Shown: piece after piece, positions 1-8,056 of the stretch | Numbering within the stretch: position 1 is the stretch's first letter | How the letters are laid out: each line of letters begins with the position of its first letter | Source of the DNA: a virus | Lineage: Duplodnaviria; Caudoviricetes | Virus record (IMG/VR): IMGVR_UViG_3300044262_000062 | Span: 1 to 40,092 of that record | DNA length: 40,092 bases | Strand: one strand, 5' to 3' | Program-made: the position numbers and the translations under genes | Notes under the pieces: generated by a model | What the model was told of the DNA's origin: nothing | Database searches by the model: none | Seen by the model: only the letters and a program-made list of their open reading frames with translations

Positions 1-696
1 GCCCGAACCGAGATCTACAACGACCTTGACGGCGTGGTGGTCGAGGTATTCCGCGTGCTGCGCGACGAACACGAGGCGGCCGAGCTGGCAAGGCGCCTGG
101 AGCTGACACCGTTCGCCCGTGATGATTACGAAAGCTGGTGTTATGAACCGGCAACCGATCGGGTCGACCTGGCGCACAAGGTCATCGCTCGATCCTTCAT
201 GGGACAATCCAGCAAAGGCATTTGGCAGCGCAGCGGGTTCGATACCCGAATCAATGACGACGGCTATTGCTCCCGGGTAAATGCGCTGCTCGCCGCACCC
301 GAGACGGTACGACAATATTCATCCAGGATGCGCGGAGTCGTTATCGAAAACGACGACGCGAAAACAATCATCGCGCGGAACGATTCAGCCGACACCCTGT
401 TTTACATCGATCCGCCCTACGTCGAAGGAACGCGGAACACATCGATCTACCGACACGACATGACCGACACCGACCACCGCACGCTCGCAGAGGTTCTACG
501 CAGCGTGCGCGGCATGGTCGTGCTATCCGGCTATCCCTGCGGCCTCTACGACCGCGATCTCTATCCAGACTGGGAACGCCACGAGCGGGTGCACATGGCC
601 GACGGTGCGCGGCCGCGCACTGAGGTCGTATGGCTCAACCCGGCCTGCGCGGCGCTGCGCGGCCAGACGGACCTCTTCAAGGCGGTGAACGCATGA
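1..696 (+). CDS. DNA adenine methyltransferase (Dam/D12 class), C-terminal part; N-terminus at 39944-40092
   Basis: Frame open from base 1 (ARTEIYNDLDG); catalytic FYIDPPY; VVLSGY...RTEVVWLN tail typical of phage Dam-like MTases. Confidence 0.9.
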   Translation, partial: ARTEIYNDLDGVVVEVFRVLRDEHEAAELARRLELTPFARDDYESWCYEPATDRVDLAHKVIARSFMGQSSKGIWQRSGFDTRINDDGYCSRVNALLAAPETVRQYSSRMRGVVIENDDAKTIIARNDSADTLFYIDPPYVEGTRNTSIYRHDMTDTDHRTLAEVLRSVRGMVVLSGYPCGLYDRDLYPDWERHERVHMADGARPRTEVVWLNPACAALRGQTDLFKAVNA

Positions 697-1004
697 CAAG
701 CGATACCGATCACACCACCGCGCGCGGCGAGATTCAGGTGCGCTTTTGCCGTGCCTCACTTTTGGTCGGGCTCCTGGTCGGCGCTTTGGCAGCCGGCGGG
801 TCGGTTGGGGCCGCATGGTTCGGCGTGACGCTAGCCGAACGGGCGGAGATCACCAAGGACCTGCTGACGAGAGCCAAATGCGACGAGACCGTGGTGGGGT
901 GGTCGTCCATCGTTTTCGCCGACGGCAGCCAATACACCTGCACGCCACGGCAGATGCAGCCGCCCACAAGCCGCAAGGAAGCGGCCGCGCGGCGCGGTCG
1001 GTAA
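693..1004 (+). CDS. Hypothetical membrane protein
   Basis: ATGA overlap with MTase stop; one hydrophobic segment (ASLLVGLLVGALAAGGSVGAAWFGVTL). Confidence 0.65.
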   Translation: MTSDTDHTTARGEIQVRFCRASLLVGLLVGALAAGGSVGAAWFGVTLAERAEITKDLLTRAKCDETVVGWSSIVFADGSQYTCTPRQMQPPTSRKEAAARRGR

Positions 1005-1282
1005 TGGAGTGGCAGCAGCGGGGCACGGGCTGGTGGGAGAGCTCGAGCGGGTATCGCATTTGCGCCACCCGCGGCGCTCAGGGATGGCGTTACAGCGCCT
1101 TTGCGCCGCCGGTTGGCAGCGAGGCGATCGAGGGGCGGTTGAAGGTGCACTATTGCATCGGTGAGCCCGTGCCGCAGGCGCGGGCGTTCATCGGATGCGC
1201 GGACGATCCCGAGGGGGCGCGCGCGATGTGTCGCGACCACGAACAGAGACAGGCGAATGGCACGGCCCAAACTCGATTTTGA
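1004..1282 (+). CDS. Hypothetical phage protein
   Basis: TAATG coupling to upstream gene; MEWQQRGTGWWESSSGYRI... Confidence 0.65.
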   Translation: MEWQQRGTGWWESSSGYRICATRGAQGWRYSAFAPPVGSEAIEGRLKVHYCIGEPVPQARAFIGCADDPEGARAMCRDHEQRQANGTAQTRF

Positions 1283-3614
1283 CCGCATCGCGCAAGCGGC
1301 CCTGCAGCAGGCCGAGCAGCTGCTCGGCGAATGGCTGCCCGAGGGCCGGCGCGACGGGCACGAATGGAAGGCGCTCAACCCCACCCGCGGGGACAGCGCC
1401 ATCGGCAGTTTCTCCGTCAACATCAACACCGGCCGGTGGGCCGATTTTGCGACTGGCGACAAGGGCGGCGACCTGGTGTCGCTGTATGCCTACCTGTTTA
1501 CGCCCGGCGAGCAAGGCAAGGCGGCGCGCGAGCTCGCCGAGCGGCTGGGGGTGGCCATGGAAGACGTCAAGCCTCGGGGCGCGAAAGATGCGCCCGGGGG
1601 CGCGGCGGCACCAACCCAGAGCGGGCCGAGCGCCAAGGCGCGATCAGCCTGGCAGCCTATTTTGCCGGCGCCAGCGGATGCCGGTGCGCCACCGGTGGCC
1701 CACTATGCCCGCGGGCGGCCGGAACACACCTGGTGCTATCGGGACGCAGAGGGCCGGGTGCTTGGGCATGTGTACCGGTTCCGGACATCTGACGGCGGCA
1801 AGGAAGTGTTGCCGGTGTGCTGGGCGCGACACGCGCAGACCGGGGCCGAGGAATGGCGATGGCTTGCCTTCCCGGAACCGCGGCCGCTCTACGGACTTGA
1901 CCGGCTGGCCGCCGCGCCGGGGATGGACGTGCTGGTGGTGGAGGGCGAGAAGTGTGCCGAGGCGGCAACCCGCGAGTTGCCCGGATACGTGGCGATATGC
2001 TGGCCCGGCGGCGGCAAGGCGGTGGGCAAGGCGGATTGGTCGGCACTGGCCGGGCGGCGGGTGACGATCTGGCCGGATTGCGATGCGCAGCTCGACAAGG
2101 CCGGCCAGCTGCTGCCCGAGGAACGCCAGCCGGGGACGATGGCCGCCGAGGCAGTGGCTGCCGCGCTCGCCAAGCACGGATGCGACATCACACTGGTGCG
2201 GATCCCGAAACCGGGCGCGGTGGTGGCCGGCTGGGACATCGCCGATGCCATTGCCGAAGGGATGACCGGACAGGCGCTTGCCGATTATATTGCCGCGCGC
2301 CGCGCGCCGCCCGCGGTGAGCGCTGCCAAAACGGCCCCGCGGCCCGGAAAGGCTGCCGCAGAGGACAAGGACGATTGGCGCGCGAAGCTGCTCTGGAAAA
2401 AGGGCGAGCTGGTAGCCTGCCTCGCCAATATCTTCGACATTCTCAGCCACTCCTCGGAATGGGACGGGGTGGTGGCGTTCGACGAATTCCAGCAGGCCAC
2501 CATGAAGCGCAAGCCGCCGCCCTGGCCGGGCGCGACGGTGGGCGAATGGGACGATAACGACGATGCCATGGCGGCCATGTGGCTCACCCGGCATTTCGAT
2601 ATTGCGCCGAGCAGCAAGATGACCCTGGAGGCGATCGAGACGCTGGCCCGGCGCCATGCGTTTCACCCGGTGCGCGACTGGTTGCGCAGCCTGCCGGCAT
2701 GGGACGGCGAGGAACGGTTGCGGACCTGGATCAGCGACTGCCTGGGCGCGGAGAACACGGAATATACCCAGCGGGCCGGGCGGTGGTACCTGATGGGCAT
2801 GGTGGCGCGGGTGATGCAGCCGGGGGTGAAGTTCGACTACTGCCTGGTGCTGGAAGGTGCGCAGGGGAAAAAGAAAAGCGCCGCGCTCGAGGCGCTGGCC
2901 GGGGAGTGGTTCGGCGATACCGACCTCGACCTGCACAACAAGGATTCGATGTTGGCGTTGCGCGGCAAATGGCTCTACGAGTTCGCCGAGATGGGGTCGG
3001 TCACACGCGCTGAGACCACCAAACAGAAATCATTCCTGTCACGGCGGGTGGATGAGTTCCGGCCCGCGTATGGGCGGCGGCAGGTTCGCTGCCCCCGCCA
3101 GGTGGTGTTTGCGGGGACCACCAACGACTGGGAGTGGAACAAGGACCCGACCGGCGGCCGGCGGTTCTGGCCGATCGACTGCGCCAGCGAGCTCGACCTC
3201 GAAACGTTGCGCAAGCAACGGCCGCAGCTTTTTGCCGAGGCGCTGGCGGCATGGGAAGCCGGCGAGCGGTTTTGGCCGAGCCCGGAGGAGCAGAAGGCGA
3301 TTTTCGACCCGCAGCAGCTGTTGCGCGAGCAGCCGGAAAGCCTGGTGGATGCGCTGCACGACTGGGTGTTCGACCAGATCAAGGAATTCTCGGTGGCGCA
3401 TGCGGTGATGGACGGCCTGAAACTCGACGCCTCCAAGCTCACGCGCGATTTACAAACCCGGGTTGGCGTGGCGCTGCGCCGGCTCGGGTGCGCCAAGGTG
3501 GAACGACGCAACGGGATGGTTCGCTACTGGTACAAGCCGCCAAAGAAAGCGGCAACGTCCGGCGAATCGAGCGGCATACCGGTTCATGAGGAGATTGACC
3601 ATGCGCCATTTTAG
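1257..3614 (+). CDS. Primase-helicase (Toprim domain + VirE/VapE-like P-loop ATPase)
   Basis: WADFATGDKGGDLVSL N-domain; Toprim VLVVEGEK...WPDCD; Walker A-like VLEGAQGKKKS; FAGTTN...DPTGGRRFWPI. Confidence 0.88.
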   Translation: MARPKLDFDRIAQAALQQAEQLLGEWLPEGRRDGHEWKALNPTRGDSAIGSFSVNINTGRWADFATGDKGGDLVSLYAYLFTPGEQGKAARELAERLGVAMEDVKPRGAKDAPGGAAAPTQSGPSAKARSAWQPILPAPADAGAPPVAHYARGRPEHTWCYRDAEGRVLGHVYRFRTSDGGKEVLPVCWARHAQTGAEEWRWLAFPEPRPLYGLDRLAAAPGMDVLVVEGEKCAEAATRELPGYVAICWPGGGKAVGKADWSALAGRRVTIWPDCDAQLDKAGQLLPEERQPGTMAAEAVAAALAKHGCDITLVRIPKPGAVVAGWDIADAIAEGMTGQALADYIAARRAPPAVSAAKTAPRPGKAAAEDKDDWRAKLLWKKGELVACLANIFDILSHSSEWDGVVAFDEFQQATMKRKPPPWPGATVGEWDDNDDAMAAMWLTRHFDIAPSSKMTLEAIETLARRHAFHPVRDWLRSLPAWDGEERLRTWISDCLGAENTEYTQRAGRWYLMGMVARVMQPGVKFDYCLVLEGAQGKKKSAALEALAGEWFGDTDLDLHNKDSMLALRGKWLYEFAEMGSVTRAETTKQKSFLSRRVDEFRPAYGRRQVRCPRQVVFAGTTNDWEWNKDPTGGRRFWPIDCASELDLETLRKQRPQLFAEALAAWEAGERFWPSPEEQKAIFDPQQLLREQPESLVDALHDWVFDQIKEFSVAHAVMDGLKLDASKLTRDLQTRVGVALRRLGCAKVERRNGMVRYWYKPPKKAATSGESSGIPVHEEIDHAPF

Positions 3615-3623
3615 CGCACGAGG

Positions 3624-3888
3624 GTTCCCAACCTCGGCGAGGTTGGGAGGAGGTTGGGAAGGCTAGAACCCGCGCCGTTATTGGGTTTTCCTAACCTTCC
3701 CAACCTTCCCAACCTTTTTTCGATGCTCACATGCGTGACGTGAGGTTGCGCGCAACGTTGCGCGCAACGTCACGTCACGCGAGGAACACAAAAACAGGTT
3801 GGGAAGGTTGGGAAGGTTAGGAAAACGTAAGCTGGGCGCGGGTTTTTGGGTTCCCAACCTCTGTTGGTAGGTTGGGAAGGTTGGGAAC
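3624..3888. repeat. 265-bp imperfect palindrome with GGTTGGGAA repeats; probable replication origin
   Basis: Perfect 31-bp inverted arms 3685-3715/3796-3826; central GTTGCGCGCAAC x2 (3745-3768); outer GTTCCCAACC/GGTTGGGAAC; directly after primase-helicase. Confidence 0.8.
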
Positions 3889-3911
3889 ATGACAGCAGGC
3901 GGGGGCGGATC

Positions 3912-4121
3912 GTGGACTTGAAGCAACTCACGAGAGACGAGCGGACGATGATCAACCGTCGCGCGAACGAATTGGCCCGGGTGACGTGGGAGCTTTACCG
4001 GCAGCACCTGGTCGAGGCGGCGATGGAGATCAAGCGGGACAACGATTTTCGTCCGCTGCGGATGGAGGAAATCGCCGGCCTGGTGCCGGACATCCGGGCA
4101 GACCTGGAGCCGAAAGCATGA
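3912..4121 (+). CDS. Hypothetical protein
   Basis: GTG start after G-rich SD-like sequence; ATGA overlap with next gene. Confidence 0.55.
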   Translation: MDLKQLTRDERTMINRRANELARVTWELYRQHLVEAAMEIKRDNDFRPLRMEEIAGLVPDIRADLEPKA

Positions 4122-4321
4122 AGGCCGGGCAATCGCGGGTCAGGCTCGGCCCGATGGAATGTCTGCCGGCAGGCCGTAATCCAGCCCGACAACAGCTGTG
4201 GGCCGTACCGGGCGGGGCGGCGGTGACGTTTGGCGACCTTGTGGCCTACGCGCAGCGTATGGGGTGGCAGCGGCCGAAAATCGTGTGGGTTTCTGCGGAA
4301 ACAGGAGGACGGCATGGGTGA
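4118..4321 (+). CDS. Hypothetical protein
   Basis: ATGA-coupled; overlaps start of Q-like gene. Confidence 0.55.
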   Translation: MKAGQSRVRLGPMECLPAGRNPARQQLWAVPGGAAVTFGDLVAYAQRMGWQRPKIVWVSAETGGRHG

Positions 4322-4979
4322 GGTGGTGCGTGTGGTGACGACGGGCGCGCGGCTGACGAATCGCAACCAGCAGGTGCGGGAGGCCTTGGAGCGGTGGGCG
4401 AAGTGGCGGCATTACCGGCATGGCGGGTACGGCAAGACGTTGACCGAGCGGCTGATCGAGGGCATGCCCGGCACCCACTGCCCGACGTGCGGCGGACGAG
4501 GCAAGCGCGGGCCGTTCGCGTGCCCGACCTGCGAGGGGGCCGGCCGCGTGCGCCTTGAGGACAAACCGCCGCGCGCCATCATGACGCCATGCCAGCACTG
4601 TGAACGGGGAGAGCGCAACGGACGTACTTGCTCGCATTGCCGGGGCAGCGGGATTCGCGTGTACATCGAGGCCAAGGTGAACCCGGCGCATATCCGATCC
4701 ACCTACCGGGTGCCCGATGACCCGGTGTGTCAGCGCATCGATCGGCTGGTGTGCGAACTGCGGCGACGTGATGAGTTGCTGGGATACTGGTTTGTGCTGC
4801 ACGCCGAATACATGACCAACGTCTGTCTCGGACGGACGCAGGCCGAGAAGGCGCAGCGAATGCTGCTCACCCAGAAGTGCTACGAATCAAGGCTGTATAG
4901 GGCCGTGGAGTGGATCGGCCATGGCCTGAAAGACCAGCGCCCGGCGGACGTGATTCCGTTCCCGTATCGGGTCGCTTGA
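4314..4979 (+). CDS. Q-like late antiterminator with CxxCxGxG zinc fingers
   Basis: GGAGGA SD; LERWAKW N-terminus; CPTCGGRG, CPTCEGAG, CQHC, CSHCRGSG; C-terminal HTH-like region; immediately upstream of a pR'/tR'-like element. Confidence 0.7.
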   Translation: MGEVVRVVTTGARLTNRNQQVREALERWAKWRHYRHGGYGKTLTERLIEGMPGTHCPTCGGRGKRGPFACPTCEGAGRVRLEDKPPRAIMTPCQHCERGERNGRTCSHCRGSGIRVYIEAKVNPAHIRSTYRVPDDPVCQRIDRLVCELRRRDELLGYWFVLHAEYMTNVCLGRTQAEKAQRMLLTQKCYESRLYRAVEWIGHGLKDQRPADVIPFPYRVA

Positions 4980-4997
4980 GGCCACAGAACACCATGC

Positions 4998-5037
4998 TTG
5001 ACACCGTGAAGGAAAACTGCATAATTTCGCCCATACT
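4998..5037 (+). promoter_or_regulatory. Late promoter (pR'-like) with downstream -10-like pause element
   Basis: TTGACA 4998-5003, 16-bp spacer, CATAAT 5020-5025; second -10-like CATACT 5032-5037. Confidence 0.7.
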
Positions 5038-5057
5038 GCGGGTGAGTGCCCCCAACG

Positions 5058-5088
5058 AAAAGCCTGTCCATCTGGACGGGCTTTTTTT
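5058..5088 (+). terminator. Intrinsic terminator (tR'-like)
   Basis: AAAAGCCTGTCCA-TC-TGGACGGGCTTTTTTT hairpin plus T tract. Confidence 0.85.
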
Positions 5089-5097
5089 GTGCCCCGC

Positions 5098-5475
5098 ATG
5101 GCACTGAGCGCGCCCCGACCCTGCAACTACCCGGGCTGCGGTGTCCTGGTTCATGGTGGCAGCTACTGCGCGAAGCATGCCGCTCTCACTAAACGACAGG
5201 AGTATCAACAGCGCGGCTCCTCGGCTCAGCGTGGCTACGGTTACCGCTGGCAGAAGGCATCCAAGGCTTGGCTTGCGAGCCATCCGCTGTGCGAGTACTG
5301 CGAGAAGGATGGCAGGGTTACTGCCGCAACCGTAGTCGATCATCGCATCCCACACCGTGGTGATATGGCCTTGTTCTGGGATTCTGGTAACTGGCAGAGC
5401 CTTTGTGGTTCATGCCACAACAGCACCAAGCAGTCCGAAGAAAAAAATTCATTACCCCACGGTAGGGGGAGGTAA
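5098..5475 (+). CDS. HNH endonuclease (HK97 gp74-like terminase accessory)
   Basis: HPLCEYC...VVDHRIPHRGD...NWQSLCGSCHNSTKQ; upstream of terS. Confidence 0.92.
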   Translation: MALSAPRPCNYPGCGVLVHGGSYCAKHAALTKRQEYQQRGSSAQRGYGYRWQKASKAWLASHPLCEYCEKDGRVTAATVVDHRIPHRGDMALFWDSGNWQSLCGSCHNSTKQSEEKNSLPHGRGR

Positions 5476-5583
5476 AAACTTTCCGTCCCCGTTTCCCTAG
5501 ACCGGTGACCCCCCAATTTTTTATGGCCGGGGGTTTCGGGGAGGGGGTATAGGCGAGGGTGGGTATTCAGTCGGAGGTGTGTC
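5476..5583. other. Candidate cos (cohesive end) region
   Basis: Non-coding G/C-run-rich gap between HNH and P27-type terS, the usual cos position in this packaging class; cut site not resolved. Confidence 0.45.
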
Positions 5584-6105
5584 ATGGCAGGTGAGCGAGG
5601 ACCGAAGCCGCTGCCGGCGAACGTGCACTTGCTGCGCGGGAACGCGAGCAAGAAGCCGCTGGCGTCGCTGCTTGACGACGTGGTGCGCCCGCCGGTTGAG
5701 ATCCCGGAACGCCCGGCGCACCTGGAAGGCGAGGCGGCGGCCGAGTGGGACCGCATTGCACCGCATCTCCAGCAGCTCGGGCTGGTCGCGCAGATCGACC
5801 GCGCCGCGCTCGCCGGCTACTGCGATGCCTGGGGCGAATACGTGTGGGCGTGCGAGCGGATCAAGACGATGAACGCCGACGACCCGACCGGCGAGCGCGG
5901 GCGGGTGTGGGATACGCCGAGCGGCTACAAGCAGATCTCGGTGCTGCAGCAGATTCGCAACCGCTCGCTCGAGCAGCTTAAGCAGTACCTGGCCATGTTC
6001 GGCATGTCGCCGAGCGACCGCTCGCGCGTCAGCCAGTCGGACCCGCAGCTCAGCCTGCCGGGCGTCGAGCGCCCGGAGGTCGGCGGATGGGCGGGGTTCA
6101 AGTAG
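5584..6105 (+). CDS. terS: Terminase small subunit (P27 family)
   Basis: GPKPLP...LRGN; AAAEWDRIAPHL...DRAALAGYC; FGMSPSDRSRV. Confidence 0.92.
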   Translation: MAGERGPKPLPANVHLLRGNASKKPLASLLDDVVRPPVEIPERPAHLEGEAAAEWDRIAPHLQQLGLVAQIDRAALAGYCDAWGEYVWACERIKTMNADDPTGERGRVWDTPSGYKQISVLQQIRNRSLEQLKQYLAMFGMSPSDRSRVSQSDPQLSLPGVERPEVGGWAGFK

Positions 6106-7889
6106 CGGCCGAGCCGGTCAGCCACGTCGGTCGGGCGCTTCAGTATGCGCAGGAGGTGGTTGCCGGGCTGATCCCGGCCTGCAAGTGGGTAAAGGCCACT
6201 TGCCAGCGGCAGCTTGATGATCTGGCGCGCGCCGAATCGGACCCGGCCTGGCTGTACTACTTCGACGCCGACGCTGCCGAACGCGCATGCGTTTTCATCA
6301 GCCTGCTGCGGCATGTCAAAGGCAAATGGGCCGGCCAGCGCATCGCGCTCGAGCCGTTCCAGGATTTCAGCCTGTCGTGCGTATTCGGGTGGAAGCGCAA
6401 AGAAGACGGGCTGCGCCGGTTTCGCACTGTCTATGAGGAACTGCCGCGCAAGAACGCCAAGAGCACCAAGCTCGCCGGCGTCGGTCTCTACATGTTGGCG
6501 GCCGATGACGAGTGGGGCGCGGAGGTGTACAGCGCCGCGACCACGCGCGAGCAGGCACGCATCCTGTTCGAGATCGCACAGCAGATGGCGCGCATCGACG
6601 GCGAGTTCCGCGCCCGGTTCCAGGTGGAGCCGCTGACGCACTCGCTGATCACGCGCGAGACGTCTTCGAAGTTCGTGCCGCTGTCGGCCGAAGGATCGAG
6701 CCTCGATGGGCTCAACGTCAGTTGTGCGTTGATCGACGAGCTGCACGCGCACAAGACGCGCCAGGTGCACGATGTACTGGACTCGGCCACCGGCGCCCGC
6801 GCCCAACCGCTGATCTGGAAGATCACCACCGCCGGCTGGAACCGCGCCGGCGTGTGTTACGACCAGCGCATCTATCTGACCAAGATCCTCAACGCCGTGC
6901 TCAAGCGGCACGACGGGCTGGGCTACAAGGTCGACGGCGACACCGCCGACGACGAAACATTCTGGGGCGTTATCTACACCCTCGACGACGGGGACGACCC
7001 GCTCGACGAGACGACCTGGCGCAAGGCCAACCCGAACTACGGCATCTCGGTCGACCCCGAAGACATGCGCCGCATGGCCACGATGGCCAAGGTGCAGTCG
7101 GCCGCGCTCAACGAGTTTCTGACCAAGCGCCTGAACGTCTGGGTCAACGCCGACTCGGCGTGGATGAACATGCTCGCCTGGGACGCCTGTGCGGACCCGG
7201 ACCTGCGGGAGGAGGATTTTCGCGGCGAGCCCTGTGTTGCGGCGCTCGATGCCGCCTTCAAGAAGGACCTGTTCGCCAAGGTCAAAGTGTTCCGCCGCGG
7301 GCGTGACGTGTACGCCTTCGGCCGCTACTACATGCCTGAGGCGCTGCTGGAGCGACGCGGGTATGAGCAGATCGCCGCCTGGGCGCGCACCGGCTGGATT
7401 CGCACCACGCCCGGCGATGTGCTCGACATCGAAGTGGTGCGCGAGGAACTGCTTGGCAGCGCCGCTTGCCGTCGTCGTGGGGTGGAAGACCACCGGCTGC
7501 TCGGCGACCTCGAGGGCGACACGCAACGCTTCGAGGTGCGCGAGATCCCGTTTGATCCCGCGCAGCTCACCCAGTTCGCTGCCGAAATGCTCGAAGACGG
7601 CGCACCGATGGTGGAGATGCGCCCGCTGGTGCTGAATTTCTCACCGGCCATGAAGGAACTCGACGAGCTCGTGACCGGAAAACTGTTCCACCACAACGGC
7701 GATCCGGTGCTCGCCTGGGCGATCAGCAACGTAGTCTGCCACCGCGATGCGAAAGACAACATCTACCCGCGCAAGGACGACGCCGACCGCAAGATCGACC
7801 CTGCGATCGCGTTGATTATGGGGATCGGGCGACTGATGACGGTTGCAAATACCGATATGCCGGCCGGCTACACTCTCACGGTGGTGTAA
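6087..7889 (+). CDS. terL: Terminase large subunit
   Basis: Walker A PRKNAKST, Walker B LIDELHAH, ITTAG, KIDPAIA nuclease motif; exact start uncertain. Confidence 0.95.
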   Translation: MGGVQVAAEPVSHVGRALQYAQEVVAGLIPACKWVKATCQRQLDDLARAESDPAWLYYFDADAAERACVFISLLRHVKGKWAGQRIALEPFQDFSLSCVFGWKRKEDGLRRFRTVYEELPRKNAKSTKLAGVGLYMLAADDEWGAEVYSAATTREQARILFEIAQQMARIDGEFRARFQVEPLTHSLITRETSSKFVPLSAEGSSLDGLNVSCALIDELHAHKTRQVHDVLDSATGARAQPLIWKITTAGWNRAGVCYDQRIYLTKILNAVLKRHDGLGYKVDGDTADDETFWGVIYTLDDGDDPLDETTWRKANPNYGISVDPEDMRRMATMAKVQSAALNEFLTKRLNVWVNADSAWMNMLAWDACADPDLREEDFRGEPCVAALDAAFKKDLFAKVKVFRRGRDVYAFGRYYMPEALLERRGYEQIAAWARTGWIRTTPGDVLDIEVVREELLGSAACRRRGVEDHRLLGDLEGDTQRFEVREIPFDPAQLTQFAAEMLEDGAPMVEMRPLVLNFSPAMKELDELVTGKLFHHNGDPVLAWAISNVVCHRDAKDNIYPRKDDADRKIDPAIALIMGIGRLMTVANTDMPAGYTLTVV

Positions 7890-8053
7890 TGAACCAACAC
7901 GTTTACAACATCGCCGTCGGTATCGGCATCGTGCTGACCGCCACCGGTATCGGACTGTGGAGCGTGCCGGCGGGGATGACCGCGGCGGGGGTACTGATTC
8001 TTGGGTTTACGGTGTACGGCGCTGAGCTCGCGCGCCGCGCGGGCCGGGGCTAA
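7889..8053 (+). CDS. Small two-TM membrane protein between terL and portal (54 aa, not in ORF track)
   Basis: TAATG overlap; MNQHVYNIAVGIGIVLTATGIGLWSVPAGMTAAGVLILGFTVYGAELARRAGRG. Confidence 0.7.
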   Translation: MNQHVYNIAVGIGIVLTATGIGLWSVPAGMTAAGVLILGFTVYGAELARRAGRG

Positions 8054-8056
8054 CCC

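Noticed and set aside
3624-3888. GGTTGGGAA repeats as a CRISPR array or transposon ends
   Set aside because: Units are 9 bp, mostly abutting and inverted, without unique spacers; no cas or transposase gene.
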